Source of the DNA: Zygnema circumcarinatum SAG 698-1b | Lineage: Eukaryota; Plantae; Zygnematophyceae | DNA length: 64,000 nt | NCBI GenBank assembly: GCA_037447605.1 | Contig: CM074805.1 | Location: 4,993,361-5,057,360 of the forward strand | Direction: 5' to 3' | Shown here: positions 1 to 11,924 of the stretch, in pieces | Position numbering within the stretch: position 1 is the first letter of the stretch | Layout: every line of letters starts with the position of its first letter | Notes under the pieces: generated by a model | The model's database searches: none | The model's input: the letters and a program-made list of their open reading frames with translations, nothing else | What the model was told of the DNA's origin: nothing | Position numbers and translations under genes: made by a program

Positions 1-1263
1 AAAGAAGCAGTTTTGAAGAAGCTTTTATCGAGATACTCTTCCATAGTGAGGGAGGAGTCAAAGAGACTCGCTGCTTGTTTAATTTCTCCATTTGCAAAAT
101 CCGCAATCACCTGCAGCTCGATAGGGGCGCTAAGCACGATAAGTAATAGTTCCCTGTAATTGGCCCTTAAGAATCTTATAGATTTATATCAGATCCAAAA
201 TGCGGACTGGCAGAGTCGATGGGTTTGAAAAAACAAAAAACTGTGTGCTATCTCGTACTTGGGGTTCCGACAAGACCGTGATCAGTCGAAATGGTAAAAC
301 ATCTAAACCCCATATTCGTCAAGTTCATTTAGGTCTACAAGAAGGTCCAGTGAGAAACGTTTGTTTTCTGAATAGGGTATCGGACGGCATGACTAACTCA
401 AGAAAATCACTGCAATTTGGAACATGATTGCCTCCTAGCATGATTTAAAAATCCCCTAATATACACGTCAATGAATAATCGCAACCACTAAAACAAAAGC
501 TGTCGAATTGACTTACTTTCACTGATCAAAGATCCCGCATTGTTCGATTTGCGGCTATATCATACCTGACTAATCAGCTTGATGACCTCCAAATTGTCGA
601 GATTGGCAAGGTACCACGAGGACTGTGCAAACATAAAGTCCCCTGCCAGGACAGCGACTCGGGTGCCGTACAACTGATGCACTGTCTTCTTCCCTGCAAA
701 CCCCCCCAGCTTCTAAAACATATTAGTTCTATCGCACTCTCACACTCTCTCCCGACATTTCCTGTTCTTTCCAGTCTCCTCTATCTGCCCTCCTCTCTTC
801 TCACACCACTCTTCAACCTCACTCCGCTGCAACCAATCGTTTAGGGCCCACCTCAACATCACGATACCGACAACATACCTCTGCGCACATCACTGTCGTC
901 GAGAACATCATCGTGGATGAGGCTGGCGGTGTGGATCATCTCTGTGATCTCTGCAAGCCTCCGATGCTGCGGCCGTATCCCTCTGCACATGCCCCGTTTG
1001 GGCTTGTCTATCAGCAGCGCGATAAGCAAAAGGGAGACGGGCAACGAAGGACAAAAAAAAATGGAATTATGGAGAGAAAGCGACGAGAGAAAGGACTGGC
1101 AGTGACAGATAAGAGCGTGGGGAAATAACAGCAGGTGGGAGAAAGAAATCAGAGGAGAGAGAGCGGAGAAGGGAGTGTAGCACGTGTAGCGAAACGAAGG
1201 GAGGGAGGGAGTGCGCGAGAAAGTTGGCGAGAGGACGAGGGGAGAGCACGTGCGCGCTCGCAG

Positions 1264-1334
<71 letters not shown>

Positions 1335-2514
1335 GTGGGAGGGAGAAGACTCACTCTAAGCCTGCGAGCTGCGCAGTTGCTCTCGATACTAGGAACACCA
1401 AGGCAGGTCGCATCCTCTTACCCCCAGCGCCAAAGATCTGCTCTGCAGCTGACATCAGCATCGGGTGGCGGGCACCGACCACCTGCATTTCCCCTCCTCT
1501 TCTGAGGCCAGGTCAACCGCATTGCAGAAATCGGGATAAACTATCTCATCACATCATGTGTGCGAGCATGAATGTGTTCGCAGACAAATAAGACTTCAAA
1601 TAGATGAATATGACACGAACTCTTCACTGTTTGCCTTGAGACTATTTTCAGTAGGCAGTGTAAAGATCCGTTCGAAATCAAGTTCACCAACCACTCTTCC
1701 AAAAAGGGCGCGTGATGTAAGCAAATGAATCTGTTGAAGTCCCAAACTAACTATTGAATCGAAATAAGCGCGATAATAAACAAGTAGTAACGATCCATAT
1801 AAAAAGTACGCAAATCCACCACACAAAAAAACGCGACGATAATAATGACAGCAGAATTTCACCCAAACAATCTAAGCACATTCAAAATAAAATTAGAATC
1901 CCAATACAATAAGCTACGTAGCACTATACCGTCTTCAAATTCTCGTTCAATGTGCGCAGATCCTCGGCCACTGGAGCGGTGAGTCCATTCAGAGACAAGC
2001 GCCCTGCCGGAATCGCTTTTGCGAAATCCGTTGGTTCCATGGCGCCGTTACTGTTAATCCTTTCATCTAACAACGTCGCCTCCTCTGCAAATCACAAACA
2101 AGCATGTGGCACCTCCGCAGCGGTAAGCATCTTCTCCAGTGAAGAGGCGAAACGAGGAGCATATTTCGGAACCCTAAAACTTTGCGAGTGGTAAAGCGGC
2201 CTACTGCCATCTCAAACATCAACAAACCGACTCCCTCTCCCTGCCGCCGCTGAGTTGGGAGTCTCCCCACCCGTCCTGACGGCTGTCGGACCATCTGAGG
2301 TTGCTTCCGCCGGCGCCATGGCGGCACACGCAGCTGCCACGTGTCGCTTGCTTGCGGTTCGCTGCATGGTGGAACAGAGAGAGGGCCTCCGTCTCCCGGT
2401 GAAAGAGAGATTCACACACACTCCCACCTCCTCCTCTCCTCTCCCACTTCCCGGGACCAGAAGCTTCTCCCGTCCGGCCATGGTGGTCCCCATCCTGACC
2501 GCAGCCATGGTCAT
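1..2514 (-). CDS. SPS: Solanesyl diphosphate synthase (trans-long-chain prenyl diphosphate synthase), multi-exon, 3' part runs off window
   Basis: Minus-strand exons (~1931-2085, 1355-1482, 879-984, 567-694, 1-111) splice GT-AG into [81 protein letters not shown] (first DDxxD)/[60 protein letters not shown], matching plant SPS. First exon and start codon (2514) uncertain. Confidence 0.93.
1266..1330. repeat. (AG)n microsatellite in SPS intron
   Basis: Uninterrupted GA dinucleotide run. Confidence 0.97.
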
Positions 2515-2865
2515 GGCTACGGCGGCAGCCCTTCTCTTTTAAAACCAACTCACCTCCCTCCTCCCTCTTCTCTCCCTCAGCGCCCTCAATCTGAACACCT
2601 CTCCCCCTGTCCCGCTCAACCACCAAGTCGCGCGACAGTAAGCGAGCGAGCTATGGAGGGAGGGCGAAGAGCGCAGGTCGGCGCGGAGGGCGACCGCCAT
2701 GGCGACAGAGGCGCCACGTGGCACGCTGCGCGCGGCCCGCGGGGGCCGCGACGTGGCCGGCGCAGGGCCTGTTTGTGCACGTGCCACAGACGGCCGCGAT
2801 CGCGCGCCCGCGCACTGCGCCGTGGCCCACAGAACGGCCGCCGCCCATGACCTCCGCGCGCCGGG

Positions 2866-2895
2866 CATGGCATGGCATGGCATGGCATGGCATGG
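2866..2895. repeat. (GGCAT)n pentanucleotide repeat
   Basis: ggcatggcatggcatggcatggcatggc; the same repeat recurs at ~43558-43597. Confidence 0.9.
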
Positions 2896-3324
2896 CAATT
2901 GCATGGCCCATGGCATGGATGGTGGCGGGCATGGCCATCGGCCAATGCCGAGGGTGCCTGTTGGGAGAGTCGAGCCATTGCTTGGAATGGTTCCAACCGT
3001 TGGCGCTGGATCGACTGCCCTCCAACCGCTGGTTCCAACCATGGCGGTCGCCTCACAGTCAAAGCGCTGCCTGCCGCGTCTCCCTCCCTCCGCGCTCCTC
3101 GGACGCGCCGCGCCGCGGCTGATGGCGGCCGTCCGCTTCTCCCTCCTCCTCGAGCGCGCGGGGTGGCCCAAGCCATGGCCGGGATGGCCTCCCCCACGGG
3201 GATGCTCCACCGGGCTGTCGGCGACCTTCGCGGCTGCTTCTAGAGCCGTGCTGTTGCTGGGCCGGGAAGCAGAGATCAGTTCATAACTTTTTCTTACGTC
3301 CGTAGGTAATTTTGACCGGTCTCC

Positions 3325-3390
3325 TTGGTTCTCCATGTTGTTTTTGTTCACGTACATTTGATAGCATCGCGAAGGTCAGATCAATGCCAA
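3325..3390 (+). repeat. Dispersed ~70-90 bp repeat ending GTsAGATCAATGCC, copy A
   Basis: Aligns by eye with 4865-4932 (+) and 26325-26412 (-): TGGTTYYCCATG...CATTTGATRGCAT...AGATCAATGCC. Confidence 0.7.
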
Positions 3391-3659
3391 ATCCATTGTT
3401 CGAGACTTTCAGCCATTCGGGCTTGTCAATCTTGAAACAAACGTTGAGGTTTTTATTGGAATGTTTGTTTTTTTAAAGTAGTACTCTTTACTCCCCTGTT
3501 GTGAATTGTATCGCGGGAACACGTGCTAGTTTCGAAGTATACTTTTCCCGAGTTCCCTATTTTCCATTTCCAAGATTGGCAAGCCCTCTCTATTAGAATT
3601 GAACTGGCTGGCAACTATTTCAATAGTTAATCCAATCAACCTGTTACCTAGGTGACCTG

Positions 3660-4330
3660 TCATGACCTAGACATCATTCGTCTATACTGTCGAAAAATGA
3701 ATGTATCAAAACTGTCAAAAAACCAACGGGGTGGTGGTGGCTGAGGTGGAGGGGATAGGGGAGGCAATGGGGGAGGGGATGGGGGAGGGTGTGAAGGTGG
3801 TGGGAGGGGGAATGGGGGAGGAGGGGAAGGGGGTGGAAATGGGGGGGTTGGAGATGGTTGGGGGGATGATGGGGGAGGAAATGGGGGGTTGGAGGATAGC
3901 GGGGGAGGGAGGAGATGGGGGAGGAAATGGGGGGAAAGGAGATGGTGGGAGCGGGGATGCGGGATGAGGGGAAGGGGGAGGAAGTGGAGGGGGCGAGGAT
4001 GGTGGGGGGGGGGGGGATGGGGGAGGAAATGGGGGTTGAGAAGGTGGTGCCTCCCCCATCTTCCCCCCCACCATCCGCCCCCCCCCCCATTTCTTCCCCC
4101 NNNNNNNNNNTGAGGTGGAGGGTTGGGGGTGGAGATGACGGAGGGGATAGGGGCGGCGATAGGGGAGGTGATGGGGGAGTTGATGGGGGAGGTGATGGGG
4201 GAGGGGATGGGGGAGGGGATGGGGGAGGGGATGGGGGAGGGGATGGAGGTGGTGGTGGCTGAGGTGGAGGGGATTGGTGGGGCGATGGGGGAGGCAATGG
4301 TGGAGGAGGCAGTGGCAGTGGCATCCTTCC
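3660..4330 (-). other. Degenerate Pro-rich (SPPP-type) coding-like low-complexity tract; possible HRGP gene fragment or pseudogene
   Basis: G-rich plus strand reads PPPSPPPS on the minus strand. Internal duplication (~3730-3790 vs ~4248-4300), N gap at 4101-4110, no supported start or splice structure. Confidence 0.35.
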
Positions 4331-4864
4331 CTCCCCCCGCGCACCTTCGTGCTCGCTCGGGCCACTGCCGACACCGCCTGTACGGCCCCGCTAGCTGGCA
4401 GGCCGAGACAGGGGCGGGGCGGGCGCCATGAACAACCGCCGCCTGAAATGCGAACAAGCGCCACGTGGACGGATCCATAATGTCAAGCGCAATTCCAACG
4501 GCCACGCGACCGCTGCCACCGTACGAGCCGACGGTACGACAGCGTCGGCTCTGCAATTGCGGCCAAGCTGTACGGATGGCGGGACGCGGGGCCGCGGCCG
4601 GGCGGGCGCTGGGTGCAATCAATTGTGTCTATCCGCAGGACAAGAGTTGCCGCCCGCAATCGGCCACGACACTAGCCAGCTGGGCCGCCGGGATCTGTTT
4701 CGACGAATGTTCGGGGATCGGGACTGTTGCGATCGGATACGATACGATGAGATACTTCCCGGAACGATCCCATACGATGTGGTCAAGGGCCTGCGGCTGC
4801 CTGGGCACGGGGGCACGGGGGCACGGGGGCACGGGGGCACGGGGGCACGGGGGCGCGGGCATCC

Positions 4865-4932
4865 TCGTGGTTCCCCATGATGACTTTGTCCATGTGCATT
4901 TGATGGCATCGCCATCGTGAGATCAATGCCAC
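4865..4932 (+). repeat. Dispersed repeat ending GTGAGATCAATGCC, copy B; preceded by (GGGCACGG)n at ~4803-4855
   Basis: Similar to 3325-3390 and to the reverse complement of 26325-26412; contains the GATGGC-ATC-GCCATC hairpin. Confidence 0.7.
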
Positions 4933-5523
4933 ATCTCGCCGAAAATCGTTCGTCAATTTAACTGAATGTTATTCTGGTTCAAACCTTTCCAGAATTTCTT
5001 TAATAATTTTGGGATTTCCGCAGTCTCTGCATATTTAGAAAATAGAGTGTGTAATTTATATTGAAGTACAAAGCATTTACAATTACAGCGAGTAAAGGTG
5101 GGGGCAAAGGAGGGTGAGAGGCGGGAGGCGGTATTGAGCACAGCTCCCAACAGAAGAACTCACACAGCAGGAGTGAGACCAATGCCGCATCTTCTTTTCA
5201 CTCAGCAGCAGTGAGCGCTCGACACTGAGGATCCAGTACAGCACAGCACAGCACAGCACAGCACAGCACAGCTTTTTATCTTTCAGTTCTCACCTCTCAA
5301 CTCTCCTTATGCCTCATATACCTCTCACTCTTACTACCTCTCCCAACTCTAGCGTACATTTCGTACAATAACTCGTACGTCTCGTACAATCCTTTGTACT
5401 TTCCGTACCCTCGTCCGTACCTTTTTAAAATGTTATATACTTTTTGGGGCCCAATTTTAAGGAAAATGATACAGTCTCCTGCTTGCTTTGCTTTGCTTCT
5501 TCTCTTTCTCTCTTCCCCTTTCT

Positions 5524-5524
<1 letters not shown>

Positions 5525-5587
<63 letters not shown>
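5525..5587. repeat. (CT)n microsatellite
   Basis: Uninterrupted CT run. Confidence 0.97.
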
Positions 5588-5590
<3 letters not shown>

Positions 5591-6286
5591 GAGAGAGAGA
5601 TTGGACATTGCGTTGATGTGTGAGAGGAGAAACAAAAAAAAAGGGGGGGGGAGAGATTAGCCAAAATGAAAGTACGAATTTTCCCGAAAGGGGGCGAGGA
5701 TATCCAAAAAGGGGGGAAACTGTATCATTTTCCAATTTTAATTGCTCAATGTAGTCACGTCAGGGGGCACGAAAAAGGGGCATGCCCCCCCCTGGGGGAG
5801 GGCGGCGCACGGGTCGGAGGGTGCCGTGGCCCCACCCCTCGCAGGCGGGCGGGCAGGCGGGCAGCCGCGCGGTTGGAGAGAACGACGCCGTGCGGACGAA
5901 GGGAAGCCGCCCGCCCTGCGCTGCGCTGCGCCCGCCCGCCCGCCCGCCCGCCCGCCCGCGGCCGTACGTACGCGCGGGACGGGACGGTACGGGACGGGGG
6001 GATCCGCCCGCTGCGGCGCGCGACTGCGCCCTTCGTTCGGAAGAAATATCTCGCGCGCCTCGGAGGGACCCGTGCGGCGTACGGCTTCTAGCCTAGAAGG
6101 GCGGGTCGCCTCGGCTGGCCGCGCGCCGCGGAAGCTTGAGTGCCAGCTGGCGGGCCACTGCCAGCGGCTGCCCGATCTGCAGAACGGACAAAAAAGGGCC
6201 CCACCGACCAGCAACCTGCGCAGTCCCAGCGCGCGGCTCGAACAAGCTTTAATTGAATTAAGTGTTCACTCGAATTCCTCAAAAAT

Positions 6287-6460
6287 AGGTGGAGTCAGAC
6301 CTTGACCATCGCTTACGAAATTCCCGAATTCCTTATGCCGGGTCGGGATCCGCGGCTCCGCCGTACCCAACCGTACCTAAATGCGTACTGTACCTAGCCA
6401 ATGCTTAATTTGCCCTACAGGCTTACGAAATTGATTTGGCAATGGTCAAGGTCTGACTCC
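6287..6460. mobile_element. Short MITE of the AGGGGGAGTCAGAC-TIR family (right TIR truncated)
   Basis: Left end AGGTGGAGTCAGACCTTGACCAT at 6287 (preceded by AAT); inverted ATGGTCAAGGTCTGACTCC ends at 6460. Both ends match the ends of the 7949-13619 element. Confidence 0.75.
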
Positions 6461-6685
6461 GCAGCGCCGGAACTGAACTGTGCTGCACCGGCCTGAACTG
6501 GACTGGAATAAACTGAACTGCGCTGCGGAAAACGCGCCGCAGACGGTCGACCCTCAGCCGAAGGTACGAATCCGCAAATATAAGCTGACGTCATTGGGTC
6601 CACGTCAGGAAGAAGTTGAAGTAAACCCTGCGAGCGCACCCTCACATGAATTCCGTATAGGTCGCGAGAATCTATAATTTGTGAA

Positions 6686-7547
6686 GGGGGCGACTATTTA
6701 CAGTGTACGTTTTCTGAATGTAGTGTACGTTTTCGGGGAGCAGAAAAAAAATCCTTTTTTTGGCTGCCCGGCGCTGTTTCATACTTTTCAGAATAGATAC
6801 AGACCTTTTTTCGTCGGATGTACGGATAGTGATTTGAAATGTACGAAGCGCGCGCGTCTACAAGGTATAAGGGCGCAACACGTGGAGCGACATGATTGGT
6901 CGCGGCAACATATGACGTGACAAGTATGTTTGGGACCGTGACGTGACGAAACGAGACGCGACAAAAGTGAAGTCCGCGGACGGCAGTCGGAAATGGCGGG
7001 AAAAAAACTGACAGATTTTTCCTGAAACACGCTACGTTATGTGCCCTATCTTTTTCTGTCAGTTTTAATCCCCGCCATTTCCGACTGCCGTCCGCGGACT
7101 CCACTTTTGTCGCGTCTCGTTTCGTCACGTCACGGTCCCAAACATACTTGTCGCGTCATATGTTGCCGCGACCAATCATGTCGCTCCACGTGTTGCGCCC
7201 TTATACCTTGTAGACGCGCGCGCTTCGTACATTTCAAATCACTATCCGTACATCCGACGAAAAAAGGTCTGTATCTATTCTGAAAAGTATGAAACAGCGC
7301 CGGGCAGCCAAAAAAATGATTTTTTTGCTGCCCCCCGAAAACGTACACTACATTCAGAAAACGTACACTAGGGGGTGTCAGACTTAAAAAATTTCAGTAC
7401 GCGTGTTCGTAAGTTTGACATCAGAACGAGTACTCCAGTATAATCAAGATCCTCCTGCGGCGGAGTACTTTCGTAACCTTTTTTTTCGTAACGCTTTTCG
7501 TAAGATTTTGTTAAGTCTGACACCCCCTACTGTAAATAGTCGCCCCC
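6686..7547. mobile_element. Mutator-like non-autonomous foldback element with ~335-bp TIRs
   Basis: 6686-7020 is a near-perfect reverse complement of 7050-7547 once the nested 7370-7528 insert is removed. Ends GGGGGCGACTATTTACAG...CTGTAAATAGTCGCCCCC. Flanks TTTGTGAA/TTTCTGAA form an 8-bp TSD with one mismatch. Confidence 0.88.
7370..7528. mobile_element. 159-bp MITE nested in the right TIR of the foldback; 3-bp TSD ACT
   Basis: TIRs AGGGGGTGTCAGACTTAA / TTAAGTCTGACACCCCCT. Removing the element and one ACT restores exact complementarity to the opposite arm (CGTACACTGTAAA). Confidence 0.92.
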
Positions 7548-8559
7548 TTTCTGAAGGGTTATATTTCTTGAACAGAAGAAATCTGAAATTTTTTACTCTC
7601 CTTTAAAGTACATTTTGGTGTTGCAGTACAGCCTGCGCAGCACCTAGGCCGTACCTCCGGACCTAGGCCTGACCCGCCCCCGCGTCGCAGCCCCATATCA
7701 AGATCGGATTCGTCGTATCCCCACAACCGCCGCCAGGCTGGCAGATCCGCCTGCTCTAGGCTGCGCGGGCCCACTGGCGGCGAGGGTGCCACGCGTTGGC
7801 CCGCACGCCACCAGAGAATGCAAGGTGGTACGGACACGTGTACGGTCAGTATGGACGAATGTACAGTACAGTAGTGAGTTTAGGGATTGCAAAAAGTATG
7901 TACAAGGGGCTTCTAGAGTTTTAGATTTCAGAACTAGAACGTTCGAATAGGGGGAGTCAGACCTTGACCATCGCCCGCGGAATTGCAAGATTTCGACCGC
8001 GGAAAGGTATTGATTTCGATTTCCGAATTCGGATCGGAAACCACGGCTCCCCCCGAACCTCTGTCACGTCCGTACGGCGGAATAGGTTACAAAAATGCCC
8101 CCAAATTTCAGAATTCCGCGCTCCCCGGGAGGCCCCCCGTTTCGAAATTCCAGCTTTCCGCCGATGAGGAATCGTGCCCCGCCTTGTCGCCATGCGCGTC
8201 ACGCACGTGCGAGCGTCTCTCTGCCGCCGCCCGGACGCCGCGACCCGCCGCCGCGCAGAGCAGCGTTTCAGTGCTGGCACAGGTTTAGGGTTTCGCTTCC
8301 CCCCGCACCAGCGTCCTCTTTCCGGCAACTGTGAGCACCACGGGAGAGCGGTGAGCGAAGACGCCAAGGCGACGAGGTACTCCCTCTCTATTCCCCTCTG
8401 TTGCTGTCTCCCTCGTCTCTCCCTCTCTGTTCCCTCTTTCTCTCTCTCTTGCTATCTCCCTCTATCACTCTCGCCCTGTTATCTCTCCCACATTCTCCCC
8501 GCCTGTGCCACTCTGCCCTGCCTCCCTCGGCCTGGCCCATGCCTCCCTCGTCTCCCTTG

Positions 8560-9250
8560 CTGCTGCTTTTCTCGCTGCTTCGTTTTCTGCTGCTGCTGCT
8601 GCTTTTTCTGCTGCTGCCCCTGCTGCTGCACCAGTTGCTTTTAGTGCTCCTTCTTTCTCTGCTTCTGCTTCTGCTGCTGCTGCTGCTGTTTCCTTTTCAG
8701 CTGGTTTTGCTATTGTTGTGCTGTTGCTGCTGCTGCTGTTGTTGCTCCTGCCGTCTTTTCTGCTGCTGCCGCTGCTTTTTTTTGCTGCTGCCGCTGCCAC
8801 TGCTGGTGCTCCTGCTTTTTTTGCTGCTTCTTGTCTGCTACTGCTGCTGCTTTTGCTTCTTTTTCTGCTACTGCTCTTTTTACTGCTTCTTTTTCTGTTG
8901 CATTTTTTGCTGTTTCTTTTCCTGTTGCTGTTGCTATTGTTGTTCTGCTGCTGCTGCTGCTGCTGATTTTTTTACTGCTTCTTTTTCTGTTGCTTTTGTT
9001 GTTGCTTCATTCTCTGCTGCTGCTGCTATTGTTGTTCTGTTGCTGCTAGTGCTGCTGGTGCTTTTTTTACTGCTTTTTTTTTCTGATGTTTTTTTTGCTG
9101 CTTCTTTTTCTGCTGTTGTTGTGTTGTTGTTGCTGTGTTGCTGCTGCTGCTGCTGCTGCTATTGCTGTGCTGCTGGTGCTGGTGCTGCTGTTGTCCTTCT
9201 GCTGCTGCTTTTTCTGCTACTGTTGCAGCATTCATTTTCTTTTTTGCTAC
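8560..9250. repeat. (TGC/TGT/TTT)n degenerate trinucleotide tract, left arm
   Basis: Dense ctgctgctg...tttttt arrays; mirrored as (GCA)n on the plus strand at ~11560-11770, 12060-12270 and 12570-12910. Confidence 0.9.
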
Positions 9251-9400
9251 TGCATTCTTCTTCCGCATTCCGCATTGCCCTGTCCTTGTGCTTCCCGTTC
9301 CTTATGCTTGTGTTGTGTGTATGATTGCATATAATTCCTCCCCTTCCTTGTGCTTGTGTTGTGTGTATGATTGCATATAATTCCTCCCCCTCCCCATTAA

Positions 9401-9470
9401 GTCGAAGTGGCGGATTGGTTACGCAACTGTTGCAAAACAGGAATAAAGGGGTTCAAATCCCCTCTTCGAC
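9401..9470 (+). ncRNA. tRNA-Cys(GCA)-like 70-nt cloverleaf with 6-nt anticodon loop, copy 1
   Basis: Acceptor stem GTCGAAG/CTTCGAC 7/7; D arm GCGG-ATTGGTT-ACGC; anticodon arm CTGT-TGCAAA-ACAG; T arm AGGGG-TTCAAAT-CCCCT; A-box-like TGGCGGATTGG and B-box GGTTCAAATCC. Confidence 0.75.
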
Positions 9471-10215
9471 CTGCACTGTTCATTCATTCTTCCATTTGTA
9501 TTCATTTATAGTTTTTGTGTTTGTGCTTCATGTCTTATATTTGTTGTTATTTTTCCTAGTTGTTTTTATTGCTTTTTGCCTTTTCCTTCAAAACTTTGAA
9601 TACGTTTTACATCATATTTTCTTTTGAGCATATATAGGTAGTTTGCTAACAAAATTATGCCGGCACACTCAGGAAAAACTGTCTTCTTTGGTTTTTGGAA
9701 ACCTTGGTGGTATAAGCAACCATATCAAGTGCGGCAATGGGCTGTATTTGATGCCATCAGTACAATTATAGAATCCCTTGTAACTACGTGTGCTCAAAAT
9801 CCAAAACGTCCGGACTTAGGAGAAACAAGCTGATAAAGGTGCAATTGATTCAACAACAATACAAAAAATATCATTAGAATGATTGACGTGTGGGCAAAGG
9901 AGGGACAAAGTGGGCGGGGGTGGGAAGACGAGGATCCACAAGAGAGACTGGAGAGGGTTGAGATCCACTAAAGAGGAGAGCGAGAGTGAGTCGGGGATAA
10001 GGCATAAGAGGGAGACAACAACAAGAAGACTGTAAGGGGCAAAGAACACAAGATGCTAAGATGTCACATACTAAGATGGGGAAGGAGACACACGGGGTGG
10101 AACAGGAAGGGAAGTGACAGAAAAAAGAGAGGGCAAGACACAGCAAGGTAAGCGAAAGAGAGATAAGAAGGGAGGGGACAGGAAAGGGGGGGGGGGGGGG
10201 GGGNNNNNNNNNNAA

Positions 10216-10285
10216 GTCGAAGTGGCGGATTGGTTACGCAACTGTTGCAAAACAGGAATAAAGGGGTTCAAATCCCCTCTTCGAC
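10216..10285 (+). ncRNA. tRNA-Cys-like element, copy 2
   Basis: Identical to 9401-9470; lies in an 815-bp duplication that spans an N gap, so it may be an assembly duplicate. Confidence 0.55.
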
Positions 10286-11421
10286 CTGCACTGTTCATTC
10301 ATTCTTCCATTTGTATTCATTTATAGTTTTTGTGTTTGTGCTTCATGTCTTATATTTGTTGTTATTTTTCCTAGTTGTTTTTATTGCTTTTTGCCTTTTC
10401 CTTCAAAACTTTGAATACGTTTTACATCATATTTTCTTTTGAGCATATATAGGTAGTTTGCTAACAAAATTATGCCGGCACACTCAGGAAAAACTGTCTT
10501 CTTTGGTTTTTGGAAACCTTGGTGGTATAAGCAACCATATCAAGTGCGGCAATGGGCTGTATTTGATGCCATCAGTACAATTATAGAATCCCTTGTAACT
10601 ACGTGTGCTCAAAATCCAAAACGTCCGGACTTAGGAGAAACAAGCTGATAAAGGTGCAATTGATTCAACAACAATACAAAAAATATCATTAGAATGATTG
10701 ACGTGTGGGCAAAGGAGGGACAAAGTGGGCGGGGGTGGGAAGACGAGGATCCACAAGAGAGACTGGAGAGGGTTGAGATCCACTAAAGAGGAGAGCGAGA
10801 GTGAGTCGGGGATAAGGCATAAGAGGGAGACAACAACAAGAAGACTGTAAGGGGCAAAGAACACAAGATGCTAAGATGTCACATACTAAGATGGGGAAGG
10901 AGACACACGGGGTGGAACAGGAAGGGAAGTGACAGAAAAAAGAGAGGGCAAGACACAGCAAGGTAAGCGAAAGAGAGATAAGAAGGGAGGGGACAGGAAA
11001 GGGGGGGGGGGGGGGGAAGGGAAGGGAAAAACAGAGAATGGAGCGTGAGAGGGAGAGAAGGCAGGAAAAACAGAGAATGGAGCGTGGAAGAGGCAGGGAA
11101 TAACAGAGAATGGAGCGTGAGAGGGAGAGAGAGTGGGAGGGAGGGAGCAAGTGAGCACACGGAGACAAACATGAGGAGAGATGGGCAAAAGAAAGGGTCG
11201 CAGGTGGCAAACTAGACGGACGTCTATATGAATAATCTTAACAGACAGGAAGACAGTCTGTCTGCAGACCAGCCGTTCAAATGGAGTTTCCAAACACCAA
11301 GCTGCGAAGAGAGTGAAAAACAAAAAACAACTAAGATAAATAACCACAAATATTTTACATCAAATGCACAAACACAAACACTATATATGAATCAAAATAA
11401 ACAAATGAAAAAATAGTACGA

Positions 11422-11491
11422 GTCGAAGAGGGGATTTGAACCCCTTTATTACTGTTTTGCAACAGTTGCATAACCAATCCGCCACTTCGAC
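11422..11491 (-). ncRNA. tRNA-Cys-like element, copy 3, with U discriminator and T6 terminator
   Basis: Reverse complement GTCGAAGTGGCGGATTGGTTATGCAACTGTTGCAAAACAGTAATAAAGGGGTTCAAATCCCCTCTTCGAC is followed by T (discriminator) and TTTTTT within about 8 nt. Confidence 0.75.
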
Positions 11492-11924
11492 ATAATGGGG
11501 AGGGGGAGGAATAACATGCAATCATACACAACACAAGCATAGGCAAAGGAACAGGCAGCAGAAGAAGAAGAAGAAGAGGCAGCAGCAACAGCAGAAAAAG
11601 CAAGAGCAAAAAAAGCAGCAGCATAGAAAGCAGCAGCAACACCAACAGCTGCAGCAGGTGCTGCAACAGCAGTAGCAGCAGAAATAGCAAAAGCAGGAAA
11701 AGAAACACCACAAAAAGCTGCAGCAGCATCAACAGCAGCAGCAGCAACAGCAGCAGAAACAGCAGCACAAAACAAAATATGGTATACAAGGTATTCAAAA
11801 TTTTGAAAGAAACTCAAAAAACAAAAAAAACAACTAAGATAAATAACCACAAATATTTTACATCAAATGCACAAACACAAACACTATATATGAATCAAAA
11901 TAAACAAATGAAAAAATAGTACGA

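Larger units (their letters stand above)
9399..11010. repeat. 815-bp tandem duplication (9399-10203 / 10214-11010) across an N gap
   Basis: Essentially identical sequence on either side of the gap at 10204-10213. Confidence 0.85.

Noticed and set aside
2539-3357. Several overlapping 120-270 aa ORFs upstream of SPS
   Set aside because: GC-rich, stop-poor promoter/repeat DNA with (GGCAT)n; no recognisable protein.
4050-4110. Local strand inversion within the G-rich tract
   Set aside because: Directly abuts an N gap; most likely a scaffolding artefact.
4865-4932. Possible C/D-box snoRNA (ATGATGA at ~4878)
   Set aside because: No CTGA D box, and the C box is not conserved in the other two copies.
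8401-9380. Long poly-Leu/Cys/Ala ORFs (e.g. 8401-9324, 11355-11798, 12578-13183)
   Set aside because: Products of (TGC)n and T-rich repeats that are open in several frames; no domain-like sequence.
9657-9833. 58-aa ORF MPAHSGKTVFFGFWKPWW... in the centre of the 5.7-kb element
   Set aside because: Short, no recognisable similarity, no supporting splice context.
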